DNA of 64,000 nucleotides from Amoebophrya sp. A120 (lineage: Eukaryota; Protista; Dinoflagellata), in NCBI GenBank assembly GCA_905178155.1, contig CAJINV010000005.1:1638438-1702437 (forward strand), given 5' to 3'. Each line of letters starts with the position of its first letter. Position 1 is the stretch's first letter. This document shows, piece by piece, positions 1 to 11,731 of the stretch. A program made the position numbers and the translations under genes. The notes beneath the pieces were generated by a model. That model was not told where the DNA came from. It was given only the letters and a program-made list of their open reading frames with translations, and searched no databases.

Positions 1-2082
1 GCGCCCACGTGAACCGCGGCGGCGCCCGCCATCGTGATGTGATTCTCGTTAATTGCCTCCACGTTTGGAAGCACGATGACGCCCACGTGGATCTGCTGGC
101 CGCATATCAAATGTAAAAGCGTCCCCACCCCATAGTCAAGTTGGGAACTTGGCAACACAAATCCAGAAGTTTTGGGAGGCATGCATGACAAGTTGCAGTC
201 CGTAGTGTGGTGCAGGTTAGCAACGGAAATCGCATCACAAATCCATCTGCTCATCCTGTTTCCAGCATTACAAATACCAAAACACGACTTAAAATACCTC
301 TCTTGGGTCTGCGCATGACAAATGTTCCTGTAGTCGCAAATCTGCATGACAACTCTGGGGTGGGGACGTTTTTACTAAGAATACCGCAGTGCTCCTTCCC
401 GAACTCTTTCCAGTACTCGTAGTCGCAGTGGATGCGGTCGCAGCCGCAGGTATTTTATCCTGTGCAAAAGTATCGTATTCGAGTCTCGCATTACAAATCT
501 TTTTATTAAGGCAAATCCGCACTACAAATTTTATTTCTCTTGCTGAAAAATTTGTAATGCATTTATACGAGTACGATACTTTTGCAATTCATATATTTTG
601 AGCGACCTGTTCCTCGGAACACAGCCGGGGATCGCATTCCCCCGCCGCGGTGTTCGACCCGATGGGCTGCTTCGTCCAGCACAGATCCGCTTTGCTCCCG
701 GGCTTCCGGAGGTCGGGACGTTTGCTGCTCGCCCACCACTCGTAGTCGACATACTTGCGGTTCGGGTCCGGCACGTCGGTCTCGGCCAGCGCATCCACGC
801 GCCAGATGTTCAGGTACTCGTTGCCCGTACCCGCGTCGTACATGGGGAAGTGCGTCAGGTGCCCGTCCTTCGAGTTGATCTGCTGTTCGTGCCCGTTGTT
901 GAAAATCCCCGTCGGTCCGTAAATCACCGTGTGTACGGCGTGGCGCCACGAGACCCAGTCGTCGTTCATGTGCCATTGGAACGGCACCAGGATCACGTTC
1001 AGCGCTTCGTGGCTGGGGCGGATGCCCGCAATCCGCCGGCACGTTGGTTTCCGGGGCGGCTCCGTGTCCCAGCCGAAACCCGGATTTTTCTTGCGCAAAA
1101 GTTGCTCGTGCGCCTCTGCAGCCTCCGGGGAGGGGTCGAGGTACTGAAAAATGTCTTCGGAATTGGGATTCGCGTAGTCGAAGAGTGGTCCAGGTGGGCC
1201 TTGGGACGGCGAGCCCTCCTCGCCGATCGTCTCGCTTCCGCCGCCGATCGCCCCGTCCGTTGCACCAGATCCCGACTCCGTGGACTCAGCGGCCACGGCG
1301 ACGGGTCTGTCGACGCACCGCTTCTTCCTTGCGAGAAACGTCTGTCGCAGTGTGGAAAACGAACCGGCCTTATAATTGGTCCTCGTGGACCTCGTTTTTC
1401 TGCTGCGTTCTTTTGTCGATGTAGTAGCTTCCTTGGTTCTTTCATGTTCCGTCGTGGATGTTGAGGAGACCGCGGAGAGCACAGATGACAAAGTAGAGCT
1501 GCGCGTGGACGAGGAGGGCTCATCTTCTACTTCGCGACGTGGTCTGACAACGTTTTTACTGGCGGACGTAGAAGCCGTAGAACTAGTGCTCCTGTTGGTC
1601 GAGGTGCTTGATGCTGGCGCTGGCCCGGAATTCTCCAATAGCTGACGCCGCCGAAGATCTCGAGCAGGACCACCATCCTCTACGTCGTGGTCTACTTCTT
1701 GCTGCAGGTTATCTTCTTCATCTGCTAGTGGCTCCGCTGCTAGAGGAGGCAAATCAACCTTGTTTTGAGGAGCATTGTCGTCGTCGTGTACGTGTTCCTC
1801 AGCTGTTCCTCGCTTGATGATTTTCGCCTTGACGATCTTCTTCGTGGTTTTCCTGCGCACCACGGTGAAGGCGGACGCCAGCTGCGTGATGTTAAGGAGC
1901 TGCTCAAGCTGCACGGAGAGACAAAGAAAGTGAATGTTGACAGCACTTCTCGAGCAGGAAACTGGACCGAGACCGACGATCGTGCGTAGTAGACCCGCAC
2001 TCGTGGTCCGTCTTCGTTGCCTCGCGTCGTTGTGAGCCCCGTCCATCTGACACACCGTCGTTCGTTTTAGAAACAACAACAA
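1..2082 (-). CDS. Hypothetical multi-exon protein, 3'-partial (runs off window start); low-complexity N-half, Cys/Trp-rich globular C-half
   Basis: 497-aa ORF 589-2082. Removing introners 456-593 and 105-383 (each plus one DR) extends the frame: ...EQVAQN|TCGCDRIHCDYEYWKEFGKEHCG|QQIHVGVIVLPNVEAINENHITMAGAAAVHVG. Start codon uncertain. Confidence 0.7.
105..383. mobile_element. Introner / non-canonical intron (family G)
   Basis: TAT...ATA ends; IR core AAAA.CGTCCCCACCCCA; perfect DR CCGCA (100-104 / 384-388); removal is in frame. Confidence 0.9.
456..593. mobile_element. Introner, family A (TGCAAAAGTATCGTACTCG IR)
   Basis: TAT...ATA; perfect DR TATTT; removal is in frame. Confidence 0.9.
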
Positions 2083-3300
2083 GACTGAAAGACTAACTTT
2101 TGAAGATGGTTCTTGCCATATGAATACAGGCTACTGAGCTCCTTGACGGCGAGTGGGGGGGCTCTTCTAGAGAAATTTGACGCTACACGACCGAATTCTA
2201 TCTAAGAAGTGGCTCATATAACAGCGAATTCTTATACTTGCAAAATAATCAACATGACTCACAGATACAACCGGCACAAGGAACATTTGTCATTGTTTAT
2301 TGTCTATGAGCAGGGGCGGGAAGTACAAGTAGCCTGTAGTTATGGGGTGCATCGCTAGGAAAATTGTACTGCGTCAATCTTTTGGACTACAGAAAACTTC
2401 TGATGAACCAAACAACGGAATAAAGATAAACATGATTGCATCGTTACTGTTATGCAAGCTGTCCGGAGAGGAAGCAAAAACCAACATACTTCTACGCAGC
2501 ACAGGCGAGCACGAGCAAATGTTCTTTTCATCTTTTTTCAGTTGTACGTAGCACATCAAAGAAATGGACGAGATGAAGGTGCCGCAATTTATTTTTAATG
2601 TCTCTATGTAAGGTAGGCGTACTCAACAAAACGCCCATAGAAGAGCACGACACGACAATGCGTTCATCTTCTTGCACGAAAGCTTCATTTCAAAATTAAC
2701 TTTTTTAATACTTGCAGAAGCAGTAGAACGACCAACAAGAGAAGCACGATTATTACACCGATAGACATGATGACGGACGATAAACCGAGTGCAAACGACG
2801 ATAAGCAGACGAGGGAAAAGGAATTCTTGTCGTGTTCAAGCAGGCTAATAGACATTCGACGGTTATTGTTTTTTTTTTACTTTTTTCTTTTTTGTTGTTG
2901 TTCAAGAACAACGAAGAAAAACACTAAACAACCAATACTTACAGCAGCGTGGAAGAAAAAAATGCTCGATATAAAGCGAAACCGACCACGAGACAAAGAA
3001 AACGCGTGCGGACGACGGACAGGAAACAATCACAATACGAATAAGTACACATCCAGATCGATGTTGCCACCGACGAGTGTCAATACTACAGATATCTTCG
3101 AGAACAGCTCAGCTTCTAATGCGACGCCGGCCCGGCGGCCGCGAGATGATGAATGAGGAACAATACAATCCTTAACCGTTGTACGATTTCACACCATCTT
3201 CATCTTGCGGCGCCAATGCCACAAGAAATAGGAACTCAAAGTATTCGTGAATTGATATTGATGGCCAACATCAATTTTAATAGCGCTGCGGTTCTTGCAA

Positions 3301-6300
3301 TCACAACAATGGCACGGTGCAAAACGGAATCTTGAGAGTCTGTACTTGATCTGAATCTTTCCCATTCCCACGATGCTCCTGCGCGGGGGCCGTTTTCATC
3401 CCTGCAGTTTCTGAGCTCGACGTCAACATTTCCGCCTCCTCCATCAGCTTCATCCTTACCGCCGTCGGGTCGAACACGACCCCCTGCCGTCCTCCACCTT
3501 GCTATGGATTGCAAAATGTCTGGGTCTGGAACAAGAGTGGAACTTGTAATGTTTGCGGATTCTGAAAATATCTGCGTTGCATGAGCAGCAAGAGGAGTCA
3601 GCTCTTGGCACGCGGAGAGGGCATTTCTCATGCGTAATTAGCATCAAGAGGCTCTCAAAAAATCAGTGATGCTAGCACCAGCATCACAGACCTCACGCGT
3701 CATGCAAAATGTGCATGACAAGCTCCGACTCTTCCAGACCCAGGCATTTTTGCATTTGATACTTGCCCGCCCTGCACCACCAGCACCTGCTTCAGAAAAG
3801 CCTGCCTGTACAGCGCTCGCTTATGAAAGCCTCAGGTTGGAAATCCTCAAAGTGAAAATAATTTGTAATGCAAAAAAAACGACTCCAGTTGAAGCACCAT
3901 TTATAGTCGGCGCATGACAAATTTCCCGGGCTGCACTCAAAACGTGTCTGTCATGCTAGTGAGGCAAAGGGGTGCGTTTCTGTCATGCTACTCAGCACTC
4001 CAATCCTTAACCCGTAGAAGCACAATAGTCGGCTTCCATTGCGTTCGCTGCAACACAGTCTTTTTGGTGGCGCATTCCATGCATCACAAATTATTTCCAC
4101 TTTGAGGATTTCCATTCTGAGGGTGTCATATCGCTGATCTTCCGCTTTTCGCCGCTCCACCTCTGCTGTCTTTCGCGCGGCTTCTATTAACTGCAAAAGT
4201 ATCGTACTCGTATAAATGCATTACAAATTTTCTCAGCATGAGAAATAAAATTTGTAATGCTGATTTGCCTTGAAAAAGAAATTTGTAATGCAAGATCTGC
4301 ATTTATACGAGTACGATACTTTTGCAGTTCATAGCTTCCAGCTCGGAGCAAAAATCAAGTAGCTGACTCCGGAGAAAGGAAGATTCTTTTTTTCTTGGTA
4401 TTTCATCTACTTTATCGTGTAGTTGTCCCGCCTCTCTGGAGGTTGTCTTTGGGCTACTACTACTAGTGTCAGGTCTTGCTTCTGGCGGTGTTTTTTTTAT
4501 CGAGAAAGGCTGTGGCTGGTCGTCGTTCGCTTTTTTTACTACAAATAGCTCCTTATTTCCTCCCATTTTTCCCTGGTTTGTTAGAGCTGGTGAACCACCA
4601 GGAGCTCGTGGATCATCAACAATGTCTCGACTAAGCACCGCTTCGACTTTATTTACAGGCAGCACTTTTAGCAGCGCAGATAACTCCTTTCGCAGCAACG
4701 TCCGGAAGTGCGGTAAGGGGGACAGACACCGGTTATGGATGTGTCAGAGTTGAAATCAACAAAGTTGAAATAATTTGTCATGCATAAAATGAATGCCAGT
4801 TGGAATCCAGTTTTCAAGTGGCGCATGACAAATTTCGGTGGTCCCTAGATCCAGTTTGTCATGCTGTTTAGGCAAAGAAGAGCGATTTTCTCATGCTACT
4901 TTAGCAGCTCGAGCTGTAACCCCGAACAGGCTTGCAATCGGCCTCACTTACCTGCTCTGCAACACACGTGCCTCGGGTCATGCATTTTATGCATTACAGA
5001 CTATTTCAACTTTGACGATTTCAAACCTGACGCTTCCATACCGGTAAATCTCAGGGTAGTGGTCGAGGTGGCACATCGCAAACTTGATCAGCTGTTCCTC
5101 TAGAGGACGGGTAGTTCTTTCAAGGACGGAGGTTGCACAGGAGGTGGTAACAGCAGTCATGATTGCACCTTCTTCACAGAAGTGGTCCACCATGTCCTGC
5201 TGCTCTTGAGTACTAGAAGAAAGCTCAACGTCACCATTCGACAGCGTGCTAGCACCAAGAACAGCTCCGGCTCCTTCCGACGTCCCGGCACTTGTTTCCC
5301 CCGCTGCTGCACCAGCCCAAGAGGCTGCGCTCTTTGTATGCAGCTGAAGGAGACACTGGCACAGGTGTTCGACATCCCCTGTTTTTTCCAAGACCAGCTG
5401 GAATAGCTGCTTGAGGTCGTCGGCATTACCTTCGAGAAAACAGTTCTTCACGTGGAAGTTGATTTCGCTAGCGAGTAAGCCAGAAGCGGAAGTAGACCAC
5501 GACCTGGGCGTAGTTGAAGATCCGGCCAAAGCTGATGATGTCCTTGTTATGCCTCCAGTAGTGGGACGAGGAGCACCACCTCCAGGAGCTCCTGACGCGA
5601 TGCCATGATCCAATGAAAAACGTCACACGGCAAGAAGGTCTGGCTTCGGATCATCGCATCATTAGCGCGCGGCACACTTTTTTGATTTTCGTTTTTCTGA
5701 GACCTAGTAATACTAGTACATGACCTTGATAAGATACATATAGTTCATTTGAGTACTCTAGGTTTGTTTCAGCTATGAACTCTTAATCTTCGTCCAGCTT
5801 GTTAATGCAAATTCTTTTTCCAGATCCACATCCAGTTTTACTTGCTGTGCGGTAGAAGCGAATTTGCAAAGCATATGACGAAGCCCCTGTAGTTACTCCT
5901 GTTCCTTCTGCATCACCATCCGGTGAATCCAGCGTAGCGAAGTGGTTTTCTTGTACCAAACTAGCGACGACGTCCTGATCTGTCTCGCCGAGCCGGTCTC
6001 GAAGCTGCTGCCGAAGTCCGGATGTTGAGGCACTGCTGCCAGAAGCGCCTGCAAAACTACACCAAGTGGCGACGAGGGTGTAGATGTCTTGAGTTCCACC
6101 ACGGTCGTGTGCAGGCAACGAATTCGAAGTACCATCCAGCAAAATAAAAGAAAAAGCTGCTTTCAAATTCTCTGCTGTTGTTTTCCTTGATCGCAATTTT
6201 GTCCTTCTCCAGAGATTCAGGACGAAGAAGCAACGCAAAGGGTCGGCCTGCGAATAAACCGCAAAGAGCTCCGCGTCGGATAGCAACGAGCGCAACCCGC

Positions 6301-9300
6301 CGGTCGTGCTGAAGCAAGAACTTGTTGTAGTTGCACTTTGTAACTGCTCGTCGTGGTGCGACTTTTTCACCAATGTCCAGAACGCTTTCTGGTCGCTACT
6401 GTAGAGCGAGCGAAGAACACTCTCCAGAAGAACGCTGGTGCTTGTAGATGAAGTAGTGATTTCTGTAGAAGTTGTTGCAGGTCCAGACCCTCCACCCATC
6501 AACGATTCGACAGTTTCATTCTGCTTCTCTTGCTCCCGCACGTCGAGCCACGCCGCGTGCACCACTGCTTGCGCCGCCCGGTGGCGATTCAGTTGAAACA
6601 GCACCCGGTGGTGTTGCCACAAGAAGCTCCGTACAAATCCCTGCTTGCTGTTGCTTATCTCCCGGCCGCTGCATCGTTGCAGCAAGTGGAAGACCCTGGT
6701 TGCGGTGACCTGCATGCAGTCCAGGTGAGAGAGCAGCAAGACCAGCGCTTCCGGCTCATTTTTCTCTACGGCGAGAAGAAAGTACATGATCCCATCGATC
6801 AGCAGCGCTCGCCGCCAGCCCAGAACATCCGGGAAACAGGTTTCTTGACTATGACCTTCAAGTTCATGATGATGGCCTGGTGTAGTGGGACGTGGTCGAG
6901 GAGATTCTGTTTTCCGATTCTCGAACAGCATCTCCTCGTCCGAGGAACTATTACTTCCGCCTGCCGCCGAAGACGTCTTATTCCTTGGAACTGCTCCTGC
7001 TGCAAACGCGGCGTTTTGGTTGTTTATCTGCCACGTCTTAGACGCGCTGCGGAGGGGAGATGAAGAACTGGGCCTCGAGTTCGACGCCGCTGTTGATCCT
7101 GGGTAGTTACACTTTTTTGTAGTTCTTGTCGACGCAAGAACTACGTCGACCCCAACTTCCGAAACTGATTTATTCATTTGCAACATCCGACAATGTTCGG
7201 TCGCCTTTTCCAGCTCTTTCATCAGGAACTCCTTCACAACCACCGTTCCCCCTTCCGGTATCTGCTTCAAAAAGTCGCGAAAATCTTGGAATCGCCCTGC
7301 GTTCGCGAGCTGGGCGTCGAAAAGACAAGCGAACCCACTGTCGGGCCAGATTGACAAGAACTTGCTGGTCGTTGTGCTTTTCGTCTCATCAGTTGATGTA
7401 GAAGTTTCGAAGGATATTATCGCGGGACTTGTTCTTTCCTCGTCGTGTGTTGTAGCAGCTCCTCGAGGTCCTCGATCGGTCGTCATGTTTGTTTCTGTTG
7501 TGGCGATTTGCAAGAGGAGGCGCAAGGCCTCGTCGGCAAGTGAGGAAGCGGGTGCGGGAGATGATGATGAAGGATTGACGGGGGCCTTAGAAACTGCAGG
7601 AGTTGTTCTGGTATTTCCTCGCGTTCCGTCGTGGTCCCGGTTTTTACTAGAGATCTTGGTAACGACACTGGAGCCAGAAGATGTGCCATTGCCAGCACAA
7701 GAAGAACTCTGCACAACATACGGCCCCTCCTCCGCTCCCAAACTCAGCCACAAGCAGTTCAATGCGGGTTTTGGAAACAGTCGCAGCACCGTCGCGGAAA
7801 GCAGATGCGTTGTCGTCAGCAACTGTTGCCGGAACTGTTGCAACGACGTCGTCGACCCCGCTGCTTTAATTTTCTCCGAACAAGTCTCGTTATCGTCGGC
7901 AGTTGGGGAAGACCACGACTCTGGTGCTTGTGGGTTGGAAGATTTGCCCTTGTTCATTCCACCCTCCGAAGTAGATGCTGAAAGAACTACTCCAGCAGGA
8001 ACGCCGCGGCCTGTTCGTGCACCAGCTGCCGAAACGGTTGACAAGGGCCTAGCTTTCAAAAACTCCAGATCGTCGCCGGATGAGGCGGAAGTAGTTGCGG
8101 ACACCGACAAAGCAGGAAGAGGAACACCAGCTTCAACCACTGCAGCGGAAGGACGAGTAGGAGTAGTTGTATCAAAATTGAAGGAATTCGAACTTGTGCT
8201 CTGCTGTTGTTCCGCTAAGAGTTTCCGGAACATCTGCGTGAAAAAGTGGAAAACCCGCAGATACGCGCCGTTCTGCTCTTCATCGCCGGCCGTCTGGCTT
8301 GCCTCATCCAACATCTGCGTGAGCACCTCGAGAAACCGACCCACCTGGATCTGCGAGCTGTGCAGAACCAAAAGCATGTGAGCCGCGTGGTGAAGCTGCT
8401 CTGGACTTGATGTCGCAGAGAAGGTTCTTGATGATCTTAAAGAACCCAAGGGAGGTCCTGCAGTGGTAGCAGGCCACGAGGTGGTCTTATCCAATGCGAT
8501 TGTTTCCGCGACGAGAGGACCCCCTGTCTCTGGTGCCGCGACAGGTAATGCTAGTTGCTCGTGCTCATGACTGTCCTCGTTGCCCTCGTGTAGTACTGGA
8601 TCCATCTGTGACGATTGAATCTTCTCTGAGGTAGATCCAAGAGAAATCACGCCAGATAATCCACCCGCTGTATTGGACGGGGTTTTCAGCAGCACATTGT
8701 CGCTAGTGCTGCTGCTTGCCGGCTTACTTCCAGGTAGAGTCCTAATCCTTGCAGGATCCCCAGCGGAAGACGAAGATGAAGTTGAAGACTCGGAGGCAAA
8801 AAACTCGTTCAACTTCTTTGGTCGCGCCTTCACAAGAGTGAGATAAGACGTCAAGCTGCTCGTGTTCGCTTTTGGTTTTGCTTTGCTTGTACTAGAACCA
8901 CCACCAGCATCAGGATCCGGGCGTCGTGCTGGCACGATGAAATTATCGAGTTCATCCTCCACCTCCTGTACTGAGCTTCGCTTTCTCGGAGCCAGAAACG
9001 AGAGGTCGACATCCACAGCTTTTTTGGCTGAGTTATTCGAGGATGGTTCAACCTCTTCGGCGCGCGAGGCAGGACCGGCCCCCGGGCCGCGAGAGCGAGA
9101 CGAGGTGGGCGATGCAGCTGCACTGCATGTTGCAGCACTTGTAGGTGGAAGGTTCTCAGCACAAAATTGCCTCAAATGCGGACGCAGAAGCGGCCTTGTT
9201 TGAGTCGTAGTTGTAGAGGCTGTCTTGTCCGAGAGAAGAGCCTCTTTTTCAATTCGCAGGAACGACGTCGGAGAGAGGAACAGAAACCTTGCAGCGCTTT

Positions 9301-11731
9301 CCCTCCTGGTCTGCGTGCTGGACCAGGTCCTCTCCTTCCTACTTTCATCCGCGTCCTGCAGTAATTGAGGACCATCAGCGTCTTGCTCATCTGCAAGCTC
9401 GTTCGCAAAAACAATTTTCGGCACAGCACCACTCCCTGGTTGCGAACCTATTCCGTTGCCTGACGAAACGCCAGTCTTGTTGCCTTTCTGGTCGCTCGGG
9501 CTGGTGCTCTGCACGCTGCGCGGACTGCTCGCCGAGGACATGCCGCTTTGCTGCTGCTCCCCCGCCGGGAAGAAGTGCAGCAAAGCAACCCCGAAATATT
9601 TTCCATCGCGGAGCAGACTGAAGTAGAGCGAGCCCGGGTTGTCGCCGGATGCTTCCAGTAGACCACCGATCTGATAGGGGCTGGGGAAACAATCATCTCT
9701 ATTGCCTCCTCCAGGTGCTGGATGTAGTCCTCGTTGCAGCCCAAGAACAGGTAACTCAAACCGCGCTTCTTGCTCTACGGTCAAAATTCGCTCCCCCGCT
9801 ATCTCACGGCTTACGCTACGGAAAAAACATAGCTCGCACGCAGTTGATGTAGTCGTGTCCACGACCAATGATGCTTCAGCTTCCGACCCTGGAGGTGGAC
9901 TGGCACAACCTGTGGTCCTGTTGTAAAAATAGTTTGTCGTTACCAGAAGCGTCTCCGGTTGATGTAGCAGGAGATTGTTCTTGTTCATCTCCTGCTCTCT
10001 CGTCTGCGTGCCGCCCTGCCGATCATACTCTGTGCTCGCGATCTGGTCCTCGTTCGAGAAGGACCATGATCTTTTACAAGAACCATTCGAGAAAAACATC
10101 AGCGTCTGCGAGGCGGAATGGAAGATGTCCGGAGCAGGTTCCAGCGATGATGAATTCGAGGACACTACACCTGCTGCCGGCCGGTTATTTGTTGTAGCAG
10201 CTCCAGCGTTGCTTGTGTGACTAGCGCCCCCGCTACTTGAAGGTCGTGGAGGACCAATAACACGTGGTGGAAGCGAAGTTGTGCAGAGAGGAATGAAAGC
10301 CAACTTCTGAAAGGTGACGGGACTGAGCAACTTCACTCCGCACCCCCGAATGGCAAACGCAAGAAGGGTGCCACTCGCATCGATCTCAACCTGCGTGGTC
10401 ACTGCGGCAGAGGAAGCAGATGAAGAACTTGAGATTGTTGATGCACTAGTACGCAAAAATGCCGCTGTACTAGTACCCCCCTTGGTTGTACTAGCAAACT
10501 CCACATCCTCGGCGCTACAAAGCAGGTTTTGCTGGGAAGAAAACCTCAACTTCCGAAAGTAAATCAACTCCCCCTTGCTCGTGCCGTAGAAAGCCACCTT
10601 TGGCGACAAGACGGCGGCAGCGGTCGGCACCCAGTTGCTGTCCTGAGGGTGTATTCGAAACAGGAGCTGCAGTTCTGCTCGGGTTGATGGAACGTTAATC
10701 TGTTGGGTCGCGCCGTGTCGACCCTGCTCGTCTCCGTGACGTTCCGGTTGACGACCATCACCACCATTAATATACTGTTGCGCCCCTTTATTGGCGGCGC
10801 GGTCGTGATGGTGCAAGAACCCCACCGAGGAAGAGGAGCCACCCGTTGTTCCAGAGGACCTCGAGCTGCCCCCTCCATTCATATTCTGTTGCGCCGCTGA
10901 CAATTGATCGCGACGAGTTCTACCTGATCCAGGCTGGGAATGATAGACCACCCGCCCGCCACACACCGCATCAGTGCTGACGCTGCAGAAAAGGGGCCCC
11001 GGCTCGTTTTTATAGCCGATGTGCGTGCTGCAGCTGCTGGTGCTACTGCTGGCGGGGCCGTCCGCATTCATATTCAACAATATTTTTCCGCTACGACTAC
11101 TGCTTCTTGCTGGATGAACCATATCCGAAGAGGACAAGAGATTCTTGCCCACGTGGTCGTGATGATGTCTCCTGACATTTATCGTCTGCACCGCCGAGCC
11201 ATGCCAATTATAGTAGTACCCATAATTATTTCCGTGGCAGTACAACCTGCTGGTTGCCTTGTAGCTCATATCTTCTTTCCCTTGATCTGATGAGGATGAC
11301 GTAGAGGAACAAGATGACGCAGGCGCGCGGCTGCGGCTGCCACTTCCTCCCGAGGTGCTTGTCGCTCCTTGTTGCGCATTCTCGTGGAGGTCCTGCGCCG
11401 CATGATTAGGAGCCTCGACGGGTAACAGCACGAGGCTTCCCTTCTCTGTCCCAACGAGTAGGTGGTCTTCCTGTCCTCGAAAGGATGAGTCTTCTGCTGT
11501 GGTACTTGTCCTGGTACGGGGATGGGTCTTCGAATAAAACGAAGGTGAAGTGGAACCACTAGCACAACTATTTTTTCCACTTGCACCGCTCCGCCTTTGA
11601 AGATGCCCAGAAGTGGTCGGTCTTGTGACGAGCGCTGCACACGTGGCAGACGTATGCCGGTCGTCGTGATGTTCAACATCGCAAGGAAAAGTGCCGAAAG
11701 GGACGCGAGACGGAAAATAATTCATCTTCAC
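3301..11731 (-). CDS. VPS41: Vps41-like HOPS complex subunit, greatly expanded by low-complexity inserts, multi-exon
   Basis: 1982-aa ORF plus 3' exons. Motifs HGSAVQTINV, FYGTSKGELIYF and TLLAFAIRGCGVKLL...QKLAFI resemble the Vps41 WD40 region; the helical C-term includes LEEQLIKFAM. Four introners splice in frame (EIYR|CLSP..., ELEA|ARK..., DQR|ALY..., GGQ|GGG...) to TGA at 3301-3303. One further intron near 5614-5830 is not resolved. Assignment is from recalled motifs only. Confidence 0.5.
3503..3761. mobile_element. Introner, family C (TGTCTGGGTCTGGAA IR)
   Basis: TAT...ATA; perfect DR CTTGC; in frame. Confidence 0.9.
3822..4130. mobile_element. Introner, family B (GGAAATCCTCAAAGTG IR, ~50 bp)
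   Basis: TAT...ATA; perfect DR TCGCT; in frame. Confidence 0.9.
4185..4333. mobile_element. Introner, family A (reverse orientation relative to 456-593)
   Basis: ~36-bp near-perfect IR; perfect DR GCTTC; removal gives ELEA|ARKTAE. Confidence 0.92.
4734..5040. mobile_element. Introner, divergent family B
   Basis: TAT...ATA; perfect DR CCGGT; removal gives EIYR|CLSPLPHFRTLLRKEL. Confidence 0.88.

Noticed and set aside
7362-8381. 339-aa and other long plus-strand ORFs
   Set aside because: Antisense shadows of GC-rich minus-strand coding sequence with no recognisable motifs.
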